The translations under genes and the position numbers were made by a program. Below, piece by piece: positions 14,590-26,094 of a stretch of 64,000 nt of DNA. Each line of letters opens with the position of its first letter. Positions within the stretch are counted from its first letter, which is position 1. Source of the stretch: Octopus sinensis. Lineage: Eukaryota. The notes under the pieces were generated by a model, which saw only the letters and a program-made list of their open reading frames with translations, had not been told where the DNA came from and searched no databases. The stretch is taken from assembly GCF_006345805.1 (NCBI RefSeq), contig NC_043023.1:1736001-1800000 (forward strand). The letters are read 5' to 3'.

Positions 14590-17122
14590 GTTCTTTTGGC
14601 TAGCACCATTTTCTTGCAATCTTTTAAAGATTTCAAACACAAACACACGCTGAAAGCCAATGAAATTTTCAAAAATTATCTTCTCGACTATATATCTTTG
14701 GTTCTGTTAGAGCCAATATTGTATTCATCATTGTCCTTCCAAATTTCAAACACGAATGTTCCTATGAAAGCCAAGAATTATTTTTAAAAATTATCTTCAT
14801 TATGGCATGTCTTTGGTTCTGTTGGTGCCAATTTATTCTTCATCATCTTTTAAAAATTTCAGACATAAATGTCCTGATAGAAGCCGTCAAAATTTTTTTA
14901 TAATTCTCTACATGATTGTATATTTTGGGTCCTACTGGTACCTATATTTGGTCCACTGTTGTCCTTTTAAAATTTCACATATGACTCTTCCTAATAGAAG
15001 CAATGAAATTCTTCAAAATAATCTTCACATTGGTGAATTTTTGGTAGGACTAACATTAATAGAAAATTTGTCATTGTTTTTGCAGAATTCCAATAGGAAT
15101 ATCTCTTTTTAAAAATTATCTTCATTATGGCATGTCTTTGATTCTGCTAGTGCCAATTTATTCTTCATCATCTTTTCAAAATTTCAAACATAAATGTCCT
15201 GATAGAAGCTGCCAAAATTTTTTTATAATTCTCTACATGATGACATATTTTTGGTTCTACTGGTACCTATATTTGGTACACAATTGTCTTTTAAAATTTC
15301 ACAAATTTCACATAGAAGCAATGAAATTCTTCAAAATAATCTTCACATTGGTGGATTTTTGGTAGGACTTAATATTAATAGTAAATTTGTCATTGTTTTT
15401 GCAGAATTCCAAAAGGAATATCTTTAAAAAACACAAAGATTTTTTAAAAATGATATTCACAATCGTATATTTCTGATTTTACAAGTACCAATATTTCGTA
15501 TATCATATTGTTGTTTCAAAATTTCAAATATGTATGTTCCAAAAGATGTAATGAAGTTCTTGAAAATAATCTTCACATTGTTCTATCTTTGGTTGCTCTC
15601 TTCTCATTGTTCTTGCAAATATTCAATATCAATATTTGTACAAAAACAATGATATTTCTAAATATAATATTCACAATGGTATATCTTAGGTTTTGCTAGT
15701 ACCAATATTTCATTTATATCATTGTATTTTCAAAATTTCAAATATGCATCTTCCAACAGAAACAATAAAATTCTTAAGAATATTCATTTTGGTGTATCTT
15801 TGCTTCTGCTACTGCCATTGTTTCATTCATCATTGTTCTTCCAAAATTTCAAATATGTAAGTCCATGCAGAAGTAATAAAATTTTCAAAAGATCATTTTC
15901 ATGATGGTGTGTCTTTGGTTCTACTGGCACCAATATTCCAAACTTGAAATATAAACATGTCTATGAACATAAACGAGATGGAATTTCAAAATGGCCAGAG
16001 CAATGGATATCTCGGGTACTTGGTTTCATTCAAGGATTAAATTTTAAACAGTGAGAAAGTGTAATTGTCATTTCAAAAGTGATTCCAATGATGGTGTCTT
16101 TGATTCTGCCAGTGACAAATATTCAATATACAAAGCAGGAATATTTTCATACAGTAACAAAATTTAAACAATGATTTTAGATAAAAATGTCTTAGGTTTT
16201 CTCAAGTTCCAATATTTTAGGCTTCAAAACTATAGACAAGATGAAATCTCAAAATGTTCTGGGCAATGGATGTCTTGGGTGGTTGGTTCCATTGGTGCCA
16301 ACAATGGTTGATTAAAACATAATAGAGATTTAGTGTCATCAGGGGCTTCAAAAGTCATTGCAATGGTGGTTCCTTTGGTTCTGCTGGTACCGAAAATTCA
16401 ATATATAAAACAGGAAATATTTCCATAGAGTAACGAAATTTAAACAGTGATCTTAGATGTCTTAGGTTTTCTCAAGTGCCAATATTCTAGGTTTCAATCG
16501 TAACTATCAACAGAGATGAAAATTCAAAATGCTCAGCGAAATGGAGGTTTTAGTGGTCGGTTCCACAAATGTCACTGTTTAACTTTAGAGTAGGTGCAAG
16601 AGGCTGTATCTGGTAAGTTTGACCATAAAACAGGTAGAATATTTGGACCAGGTATGGTCAGTTTAAACATTAATGAGTAAAAAGGTTAGAACAGCTGATT
16701 CTTTTAGAGCATGGGTATGCTAGCACCAATATTTTGCTAGCTCCTATATTCACCAATTAAAAATTGAATATTAGAAAGATTGGAAAAAAACCTTAGTGAA
16801 AGATTTTCTGGGTTTTGCTCGCATCAATATACAATGATTAACAAATGAATTTCAAAAGGGCATTCACAAAATTTAAAAATTCAAAAAGTGACCTCAGCGT
16901 GCAACCTCTTTGGTTTTGCTAGAGTCAATATTCACTCAGTGGCATTTACCATCTGCATAGCTGGATTCACTAGGTCATAAGTTATTGACCTCATTTTCCA
17001 AAGATATAGTTTACTCAAGTCGACAAGTTCCTGTGAAAGAATAACATTCGATATTGGTCTGCTGGTACGTCTTTGGATGAGTTACTCAGGTATGAAGTCT
17101 AGCTGCAACAGCTTGCTAAGTG
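14590..17122 (-). pseudogene. Degenerate array of about 22 THEG-like coding repeats (90-115 bp period), with many stops and frameshifts
   Basis: Recurrent plus-strand core tctttggttctgctagtgccaat reads TTG GCA CTA GCA GAA CCA AAG (LALAEPK) on minus. Units nearest the ORF translate as MLALSKLLQLDFIPE* and *ILTLAKPKRL, matching LALSKPLHPDFVP and LAQPKK in the intact ORF. Confidence 0.7.
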
Positions 17123-17686
17123 CTAACATCTTGGAAATCTCGGAGAAATCTTAAAGGGAAACTTTTTAGGTTGTGCTAGCTGCATTATTCGCTCGGAGGC
17201 TTTTGCAATCTGCGTACCTGGATGCACTTGGAAAGGGTTGAAGTTTATACGCCTCGTTTTCCGAATAATTGGTTTACTCAGTTCCACAATTCTTTGAGAA
17301 GGAATTACATTCAGCATCGCTCTATTAATGGGTCTTTGGACTGGTTGTATAGGTACAAAATCTGGATGTAGTGGCTTGCTAAGTGCTAACTTCTCCATCC
17401 TTGAACTTAGTGGAATATGATAGGGATGGCGCTGAGAATTTAAGGAGTCCTCTCTTTCATATTTGGGAGTTATCTTTCGTTCTAATGGAATGGCAAGTTC
17501 AGAGATTCGATTTGATGCAACTGCAGTTTTAGCTTTGCGACTTATTTTGATAGGAAGTATTATTGGTGCTTGAAAATCTTTGGGTGGTCGCTTTGGGAGG
17601 GCCAGGAAATCCAACCTCGAGCTACACTTCTTAGGGATCCTTTTGACTGGTTTTGATACATACGTACCTCTGGTTGGAATAAACAT
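17123..17686 (-). CDS. THEG: THEG/SPMAP2-like (testicular haploid expressed repeat) protein; single or terminal coding exon, 187 aa as called
   Basis: Five S-x-R-x-x-x-L-(A/S)-x-(P/S) units at about 35-aa spacing: SSRLDFLALPK, SNRISELAIP, SSRMEKLALSK, SQRIVELSKP, SERIMQLAQPK. This is the THEG repeat pattern as recalled. Possible acceptor ttccaaccAG ends at 17670, so the true start may lie in an upstream exon. Confidence 0.8.
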   Translation of the reverse strand: MFIPTRGTYVSKPVKRIPKKCSSRLDFLALPKRPPKDFQAPIILPIKISRKAKTAVASNRISELAIPLERKITPKYEREDSLNSQRHPYHIPLSSRMEKLALSKPLHPDFVPIQPVQRPINRAMLNVIPSQRIVELSKPIIRKTRRINFNPFQVHPGTQIAKASERIMQLAQPKKFPFKISPRFPRC

Positions 17687-17793
17687 TTCAAGTCAATAAT
17701 TGGATTCATTCTCCACACACACAAAAATACAATTATACATACATACATGCATATATATATATATATATAATATATATATATATATATAATATA

Positions 17794-17826
<33 letters not shown>

Positions 17827-17829
17827 ATA

Positions 17830-19018
17830 TACACACACATACACACAAGAAACTCCAAAGTCCACTAACGGCTAACCCCAACCCTAGTAAATTAATTCAA
17901 CATAAGCCCCAGCTACATGCGTGTAAACCCAACACACCAACTGAACCTCATAACAAAACAAACCCTCATAACTACAACTATAGTACCATTGCTACCACCC
18001 AAACTTAAATTTACCACAACACCCACATATACTTCCTGCCATAATAGAGAATACCATAGAGGTTACCAATGGACACAATAATTATCATACCATATCAACC
18101 AACAACACCATCCTCAACCCCTTAGCACCAACTACAATGAAGAACCAAACGCCAATTCCAATCCCCTCACAAGCTCATCCAGAACACCCCCTACAAACCT
18201 ATGCAGCTTCAGGCGCCCAACCTCTTGCCCTTTAGATAACCACTGTCTCACTAAAAACATGGTTTATAAGTACGCAGTATCAACCAACAATTGTAACTAC
18301 ATTTACACCGGCTCATGTAGCACCACCTTCAAAGCTAGGGTGAGTAGTCACTACTCAAATAGCTTCAAATCCCATACAAAATCTAGGCACAGGAGTGGCT
18401 GTGTGGTAAGTAGCTTGCTTACCAACCACATGGTTCCGGGTTCAGTCCTACTGCGTGGTACCTTGGGCAAGTGTCTTCTACTATAGCCTCGGGCTGACCA
18501 AAGCCTTGTGAGTGGATTTGGTAGACGAAAACTGAAAGAAGCCCATCGTATATATGTATATATATATATGTGTGTGTGCGTGTATGTTTGTGTGTCTGTG
18601 TTTGTCCACCCAACATCACTTGACAACTGATGCTGGTGTGTTTATGTCCCCGTCACTCAGCGGTTCAGCAAAAGAGACCGATAGAATAAGTACTGGGCTT
18701 ACAAAGAATAAGTCCTGAGGTCGAGTTGCTCGACTAAAGGCGGTGCTCCAGCATGGCCACAGTCAACTGACTGAAACAAGTAACAGAGTAAAAGAGTACG
18801 TCGTTATCTCAACTTATCAGCAAACTAAGGCTTAATTCAACCCCTTTCACTCTCAAATGGTCCATACCCACGCCAAATCTTACAGTGGATATGACAATAA
18901 GAGTGATCTCAGCATAGCTAAGGTCATGGCTATTTTGAAATCCACGGACTGTCCCAATGAATGCAGCAGTATAATATTCAGCTGCAAACATCAGGTCCTA
19001 AATCTATTATCAAAATAT
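17830..19018 (+). mobile_element. Penelope-like element fragment (post-RT linker plus GIY-YIG endonuclease), decayed and interrupted by a SINE
   Basis: Translates ...CPLDNHCLTKNMVYKYAVSTNNCNYIYTGSCSTTFKARVSSHYSNSFKSHTKS|TSLSQLISKLRLNSTPFTLKWSI...DLSIAKVMAIL...CKHQ across the SINE at 18385-18797. This matches the PLE VY-YIG-FK-R-H-SF-T.LS-IKW-CRH pattern. Confidence 0.8.
18385..18797 (+). mobile_element. Full-length family A SINE (tRNA-derived head, CORE-like segment, (AAGAGT)n tail; probably an octopus OR-type SINE)
   Basis: A-box-like tggctgtgtggt, B-box-like ggttcagtcc, gtggtaccttgggcaagt CORE-like block, internal (TA/TG)n, tail aacagagtaaaagagta. Removing it restores the PLE frame. Confidence 0.9.
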
Positions 19019-19438
19019 AGGCGCAGGAGTGGCTGTGTGGTAAGTAGCTTGCTAACCAACCACATGGTTCCGGGTTCAGTCCCACTGCGTGACACCTTGG
19101 GCATGTGTCTTCTCCTATAGCCCCGGGCCGACCAATGCCTTGTGAGTGGATTTGGTAGATGGAAACTGAAAGAAGCCCGTCGTATATATATGTGTATATA
19201 TATATGTGTGAGCGTGTATGTTTGTGTGTCTGTGTTTGTCCCCCTAGCATTGCTTGACAACCGATGCTGGTTTGTTTACGTCCCCGTTACTTAGCGGTTC
19301 GGCAAAAGAGACCGATAGAATAAGTACTGGGCTTACAAAAGAATAAATCCCGGGGTCGAGTTGCTCGATTAAAGGCGGTGCTCCAGCATGGCCGCAGTCA
19401 AAATGACTGAAACAAGTGAAAAGAGTAAAAAGAGTATA
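19019..19438 (+). mobile_element. Full-length family A SINE
   Basis: aggcgcaggagtggctgtgtggtaag ... gaaaagagtaaaaagagta. Confidence 0.9.
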
Positions 19439-19682
19439 ATTACAACCCCACCCTGCACTTGTCTCCCCATAACTCTCATATATTCTTTTTCCCACTCATC
19501 CACCCTCACAACAACTGCATATTAAATCAACAATATTTTTTCTCCCTTTTTCATTTCTTAATCGTCAATTATAATTTTCTTTCCCTATTTTTACTTACTA
19601 CCTAAAATATTCTTCTCTTTATATTTCTACACCCACTGCCTCTTCCACCCTCCACACATAAATGTACAAAAATATACTCCCT

Positions 19683-20087
19683 TTACTCTTTTAATTGTTT
19701 CAGTCAGTTGACTGCAGCCATGCTGGAGCACCGCCTTTAGTCGATCAAATCGACACTGGGACTTATTCTTTGTAAGCCTAGTACTTATTCTATCGGTCTC
19801 TTTTGCCGAACCGCTAAGTGACGGGGACGTAAACACATCAGCATCGTTTGTCAAGCAATGCTAGGGGGACAAACACACACACACATGTATACACATATAT
19901 ATATATATATATATACATATATACGACAGGCTTCTTTCAGTTTCCGTCTACCAAATCGACTCACAAGGCATTGGTCGGCCCGGGGCTATAGCAGAAGACA
20001 CTTGCCCAAGATGCCACGCAGTGGGACTGAACTGAGAACCATGTCGTTGGTTAGCAAGCTACTTACCACACAGCCGCTCCTGCGCCT
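19683..20087 (-). mobile_element. Full-length family A SINE
   Basis: Reverse complement of the 19019-19438 copy; its 5' end abuts (TA)n. Confidence 0.9.
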
Positions 20088-20224
20088 ATATATATATATA
20101 TATATATACATTAGATACACAGGACGAGTAAATTGTTAAACATAATGAGATTTGTATTATATCACAATACTATAGATGGTTCAATTAAAAATAAATAAAA
20201 TAATTATAAATAGATCGTTGCCAG

Positions 20225-20605
20225 AGCAACAAGCTGGCTTCCATGCCGATGGCACGTAAAAAAGCACCATTCGAGTGTGATCATTACCTGCGTCGCCTTA
20301 CTTGCACTTGTGCTGGTGGCACGTGAAAAGACATTTGAGCGAGGTCATTGCCAGTGCCACTGGACCGGCTCCTGTGCAGGCGGCACATAAAAAACACCAT
20401 TTGAGCATGGCCGTTGCCAGTACAGCCTGACTTGCCCTCATGCTAGTGGCACATAAAAGCACCCACTACACTCTCAGAGTGGTTGGCATTAGGAAGGGCA
20501 TCCAGCTGTAGAAACTCTGCCAGATCAAGATTGGAGTCTGGTGCAGCCATCTGGTTTGCCAGACCTCAGTCAAATCGTCCAACCCATGCCAGCACGGAAA
20601 GCAGA
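20225..20605 (+). mobile_element. Family C non-autonomous retroelement (about 60-bp tandem modules plus conserved 3' body)
   Basis: Repeated ggtggcacgtaaaaagcacc modules, then cccactacactc..gagtggttggcattaggaagggcatccagctgtagaaac...ccaacccatgc. Confidence 0.8.
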
Positions 20606-21045
20606 GTTTGTATATATATATATAGAGGCTAATACTGAAGAATGAGTGCTCAACACTGCATTGGTGGATAAATATTCTTTATTTGTGAGTCAACAAAGCT
20701 ACCATCAGTTTCATGTAAAGAGTAATCTCTCAACAACTGTCAAGCCTGTAACACGGGAATTTTGGCACTAGTCTCCATCTTGGATGAGAATACATGAAAC
20801 CATTGGTAACCTTGTTAACCCTCAAATAAAGCTTATATTTACACACACACACACACACACAGAGGAATATTCTTGAAGAAATCCAGTAGCATGTGCATCC
20901 TTTATAATGACCTCAGGTAGCCAGCAACTGTGGACAAGATTTACACAACATTCTATAAGTTTTTTATTTTTACCCAAATATGGTTATATCTTTGGTAGAT
21001 GGAATATAACTATATATATTTGGCAGATGGAAACTGAAAGAAGCT

Positions 21046-21090
<45 letters not shown>

Positions 21091-21423
21091 ATATATATCA
21101 GTCTTCCTTCAGTTTCCATCTGCTGAATCCACTCACAAGGTTTTAGACAATTTGGGGCAATAATAGAAGACACTTGCCTGAGGTACCCCACAGTGGAACT
21201 AAAACCAGTACTTTGTGGTTGATAAGCAAACTTCTTAACTATACAACCATGAAAAATCTCTAGTGGGTTCACAGAATTTTGGGCCAAACCCGATAAGACT
21301 AAGTCCTTCACAACAATACATTTTTCTCCCCTACAGAAACATGAACGGTTAAATCAGAAGGATATACATATATATATATATTGTCAGTGTATCATATTCG
21401 AAAAAGAAGCATACTCTAAACTG

Positions 21424-23262
21424 AGCAGTTAAGTCTATGTCTGGCCATAGAGTGACCAATGGTTTTGCATCCATAAAGGGCTTAGCCCCATGGACGACTT
21501 GTTAGATCCTAATGGTAGAGGGCATATACCTCTTCAAACTGGACGTAGAAATTCATTATGGTCTGTTAGTTATTAGTAAAGAAAAAATATGTCTTATGGG
21601 TCAGCAAGGACAAGATATCTCCCTTAGACCAGTTCAGTTGGCAGTCCAAGTGGCGAATGGGGAACCTCCGCCCTCAGGTTGCTTCTAGCCCAAAGGGCTT
21701 TTTTCTTGTTCAAATCAATGAATGGCAAACCCCATCCTTGCATGAGGTAGCATTTGAAGAAGAAGCAGAGACTATAAATATTGTGTCGGGAATTTAACAG
21801 TAATTCTGGAAAAACAGTGGTCTTTGAAGTTACTTGCTCACTCTGCTATGCAAAGCTTGCATCATCCGTTCCAGGATACTGGCTGCTCTATGGTCCTCCA
21901 TTTAATTTCCTATGGAGTTCCTTCATCCTTAGGGTGCAACATGTGGCCAACCTGGGACGTGATGTAATGTCTTTCTGGCAGCTTAAAAGAGGACTTGTGG
22001 TTGTACAGGTGCTACTTAAAGGCAGTTCTGGTTGACGTGACAGATCTCCAAACTTGACTTCTACTTCTGCTCACACCTCTGGTGCCTCTTCTATTGGGCC
22101 CCAGACCTGGTTTTGTTGTTGCTGTTGCTGCTGCTGTTATTGGAGTTGTTATCCATGCTTTTATTATGGAGCATCGGCCTGGTGATAGCGCTGTGGCTAT
22201 TGTCATTGTGGTGGTCATACCTGGACTTAGTGCTGATGTTGCTGTCAGTGATGGTGTTCTGGCTGCCATCATTCGTAATATTGGTAAAAAAGGCAGCGAG
22301 CTGGCGGAAATGTTAGCACGCCGGACGAAATGCTTTGTGATATTTCACCTGCCACTGCGTTCTGAGTTCAAATTCCACCGAGGTCAACTTTGCCTTTCAT
22401 CCTTTCGGGGTTGATAAATTAAGTACCATTTACGCACTGGGGTCAAAATAATCGACTTAATCCATTTGTCTGTTCTGGTTTGTCCTCTCTGTGTTTAGCC
22501 CCTTGTGGGTAGTAAAGAAATAGGTATTTCGTTTGCCACTACGTTCCGAGTTCAAATTCTGCCGAGGTCGACTTTGGCTTTCATCCTTTCGGGGTCGATA
22601 AATTAAGTACCAGTTACGCACTGGGGTCGAAATAATCGACTTAATTCATTTGTCTGTTCTGGTTTGTCCTCTCTGTGTTTAGCCCCTTGTGGGTAGTAAA
22701 GAAATAGATATTTCGATTGCCGCTACGTTCTGAGTTCAAATTCCGCCGAGGTCGACTTTGGCTTTCATCCTTTCGGGGTCGATAAATTAAGTACCAGTTA
22801 CACACTGGGGTCGAAATAATCGACTTAATTCATTTGTCTGTTCTGGTTTGTCCTCTCTGTGTTTAGCCCCTTGTGGGTAGTAAAGAAATAGGTATTTCGT
22901 TTGCAGCTACGTTCTGAGTTCAAATTCCGCCGAGGTCGACTTTGGCTTTCATCCTTTCGGGGTCGATAAATTAAGTACCAGTTATGCACTAAGGTCGGTG
23001 TAATCACCTGAATCCGTTTGTCTGTCCTTGTTTGTCCCCTCTATGTTTAGCCCCTTGTAGGCAATAAATAAATAATCATTGGTAATATTGGGCATCGGAC
23101 TGGTAGCTTCACTGGTGCTACAGGTGTTGGCATGTTCTAGTTCCATTTTCAAGAGGTATATGCCCTCCAGCATAAGGGCCTGACTAGTCATCCAAAGGGC
23201 TAAATGCCTTATTGATGCAAAACCATTGGTTACTCTTTGACCAGAAATATACTTAACTGCTT
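21424..23262 (-). mobile_element. Penelope-like element remnant bounded by about 130-bp inverted repeats, interrupted by a SINE B tetramer
   Basis: Minus translation RTAFK*HLYNHKSSFKLPERHYITSQVGHMLHPKDEGTP*EIKWRTIEQPVSWNG*CKLCIAE matches a GIY-YIG C-terminal region. 21424-21550 is an imperfect inverted copy of 23127-23262 (gcagttaagt..tctgg..gagt.accaatggttttgcatc..agggcatatacctctt). Confidence 0.75.
22285..23074 (+). mobile_element. Family B SINE as a head-to-tail tetramer (about 184-bp period) with a 17-bp target-site duplication
   Basis: Four units ttc.gagttcaaatt..gccgaggtcgacttt..ctttcatcctttcggggtcgataaattaagtacca...gggtagtaaagaaata. Flanks atcattcgtaatattgg (22268-22284) and atcattggtaatattgg (23075-23091). 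Confidence 0.9.
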
Positions 23263-23273
23263 AAATATATACG

Positions 23274-23321
<48 letters not shown>

Positions 23322-23329
23322 CATCCATA

Positions 23330-24939
23330 CAGGCTATCCCAGAAGTAACTATTTCAGTGAAATGGGACAATTCTTTTAAAAAACTCACTTTTATTTATGT
23401 TTATCATACTTAATATGTGTTAAAAGTGTATAAATTTTTTATTTTGTTCAGAATGTAATTTTTATAATTATTTTTATAATTTTATTTTCATTCATGTTGG
23501 ATCCCGCTTATCTGTCCGCAACAGCTTTTCATCAATTTGGTTGCAATCATTTTCTCTACCTCCGTCCCAAAGACGGAGCAGCAATTTAACTGAACTTAAC
23601 CCATTCATTACTATATTTCTGACCAAAATACACCCCTTATGTGTTTCAATTATTTTCTAACGTAATCATAAATTTAGTCTGGTTTCATTAACAACTATAA
23701 CTTTTTTATTTATCAATATATTAATCTGATTTTTGGAAGATAATTTAATGAAATATTCTCAACCAATTCTATACTATAATTTTTGTCACTCTAATTGCAG
23801 GTAGATACAGGTAAATTCAACAAAATATAAAATTATTAAAATTTTGTTCAAACATCGCTATAGAAAATGGGTAATTAGCTAATATTCAATTGGGTATACA
23901 ACAAAATTTTACAATAGAATTTGTTAGTCTGGGTAACTTTCTGATACCCATAATAATATTTATGGCAAAATAGTCTTAATTTCATTTAAGGTTGTGGGAA
24001 ACCACAAACTATCCTTTCTTTCGCTTTGTTTAAATTCAGCGTAACGGTTCGTTTCCGCCGTAATGATTTCAAATAGGCTCATTCGAAAAAGTAAAAAGAA
24101 ATAGTCTAAGGCTTTACTCTTCTGGGAAAGTCTGTGGCTTGGTCCAGTTTCTTCAGAAAATTCACCGAAAGAAACAGTTTTTAAATTTTCACTCCATTCA
24201 GGAGCCAATTCATTTTCTTTATCGCTGTCGGAGATCTCGGATTCACTGTTTTCACTTTTGGAAAATGAAACATCGGATTCATTATCAAATACCTCGTGCT
24301 TTTTTTTTTTTCAGTCATAGAGTTAGATTTATGAAGGCCTTCAGTAGAAAATCCTTCGAATTCTGACTCGCTGCTTGATATAATGAAATTCGTATCCATT
24401 TTTTGTCAGAATTACAAATTTTGAAAACACAATAGGAACAAATTTCGGAAAAAAATCTCCCAAAATTCACAGAATTAAAATTACACTTCGATTTTTGTAC
24501 AAAACTGTAGTTGAACTGTTTACGAAGTATAATACGTGTTTTCACGAATGTACTAAAGAGATTTGCTCTGATATTCTCATTTAAATATCAATAGGTAAAT
24601 ACGGGCAGGTTTGGGCGGTTTGGTCACATTAACCAAAATTTTTTTCGGGTGGCTTTGGGCAGGTTGGTAACGAAAGGGTTAAAGAATGCATTCAGTTAGA
24701 AGTGCAAGAGCTAACTCCTGAAATGCTTCAAAATGTGTTTTGCAATGCTATGGGTAGATTTGAAATATGCAGGGATACAGACGGGGTGCATGTTGAAAAA
24801 TTTCAATAAAGTTATGATCTATGACTTACAAATCTATTTGTTTTAGTAACATAATTTAATAACAAACGTAAAATTCTGTCACCTTTTTAAAAATTTGTCC
24901 AGTCTCATTGAAATAGATAGATAACACTGAGATAGCCTG
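23330..24939 (+). mobile_element. Internally deleted Tc1/mariner-superfamily DNA transposon
   Basis: TA|CAGGCTATCCCAG ... CTGAGATAGCCTG|TA inverted termini. Removing the inner element gives SNLTELKECIQLEVQELTPEMLQNVFCNAMGRFEICRDTDGVHVEKFQ*, a Tc1-like transposase C-terminus. Confidence 0.8.
23600..24678 (-). mobile_element. piggyBac-like element (1079 bp, deleted) inserted at TTAA
   Basis: TTAA|CCCATTCATTAC ... GTAACGAAAGGG|TTAA. Minus-strand remnant FSEETGPSHRLSQKSKALDYFFLLFRMSLFEIITAETNRYAE..WFPTTLNEIK matches the piggyBac transposase N-terminal ETNRYA block. Confidence 0.85.
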
Positions 24940-24968
24940 TATGTATATATGTGTGTGTGTGTGTGTGT

Positions 24969-25020
<52 letters not shown>

Positions 25021-25089
25021 AAGATATATATATATATATATATATATATGAATATATGTATAATATATATATGTATATATATATATGTA

Positions 25090-25305
25090 TCAGCCTCGTC
25101 TGGCACCTGTGTCGGTGGCACATAAAAAGCACCCACTACACTCACGGACTGGTTGGCGTTAGGAAGGGCATCCAGCTGTAGAAACACTGCCAGATCTGAC
25201 TGGCCTGGTGCAGCCTTCGGGCTTCTCAGACCCCAGTTGAACTGTCCAACCCATGCTAGCATGGTAAGCGGACGTTAAACGATGATGATGATGATGATGT
25301 ATATG
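25090..25305 (+). mobile_element. Family C element, 5'-truncated, (GAT)n tail
   Basis: ggttggcgttaggaagggcatccagctgtagaaac...ggacgttaaacgatgatgatg. Confidence 0.85.
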
Positions 25306-25389
25306 TATATATAGTGTGTGTGTATATATATGTTTATGTATATATATTATATATGTATATATGTGTGTGTGTATATATATATAAATATG

Positions 25390-25491
<102 letters not shown>

Positions 25492-26094
25492 GTATATGTA
25501 TATATATATATGTATATATACCAGAAACATTTCCAAAGACTCCAGATTTTTGAAGCCACACTCTAAAAGGTCAGGTGACTTACAATAATGTTCTCTTTAT
25601 TTCTTTTATTTCCTTTCCGGCCATACACAAATAGTCATCTCAGAATCGTATTTCTATTTTTTCCTAGAAACTAATCTTCTGTTATAAATTTAAAACAAAA
25701 ATACAAAAAAAAAAAAAAGAGAGAGAGAGAGAGAAAGAGTTGATTAAGAATTTGAGACAAATTTTGATTTCAATTAATTTCTGTATAAATTCCTTTATCG
25801 GGGTTTTTATTTCTTGGTAAATGATTTTAGTTTTGTTATTCCAACTGAGTGTTTAAAATGATGAACCTTTGAAAGCAACAATATTTTATCTGGTAATTTA
25901 TGGGAATTATAAGTTTTTCACCCTTTTCATACCAACCTGATTCCATTCCACAAAAATTCCTGTTTTCCTTCAACAGCAAAATGGCAACAAAAGGTTTGAA
26001 ATCAAAATTTAATGTTCATTTATGTTTCCAAACAACAAACTTAGGAGACCTATTGAGTCAAGTACATGAACATCGAAATAAATATCAATGGAAA

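Noticed and set aside
14590-17122. Rescue of the THEG fossil array by A-to-I editing of stop codons to TGG
   Set aside because: Editing could recode stops but cannot repair the many frameshifts between units.
18385-18470. tRNA genes at SINE heads (also 49014-49085 and 43630-43700)
   Set aside because: A and B boxes are present but there is no complete cloverleaf, and each runs into a SINE body.
20620-20830. Additional hammerhead-like words (ctgaagaatg; ggatgag..gaaaccattggta)
   Set aside because: Stem I and II pairing could not be established; too decayed to call.
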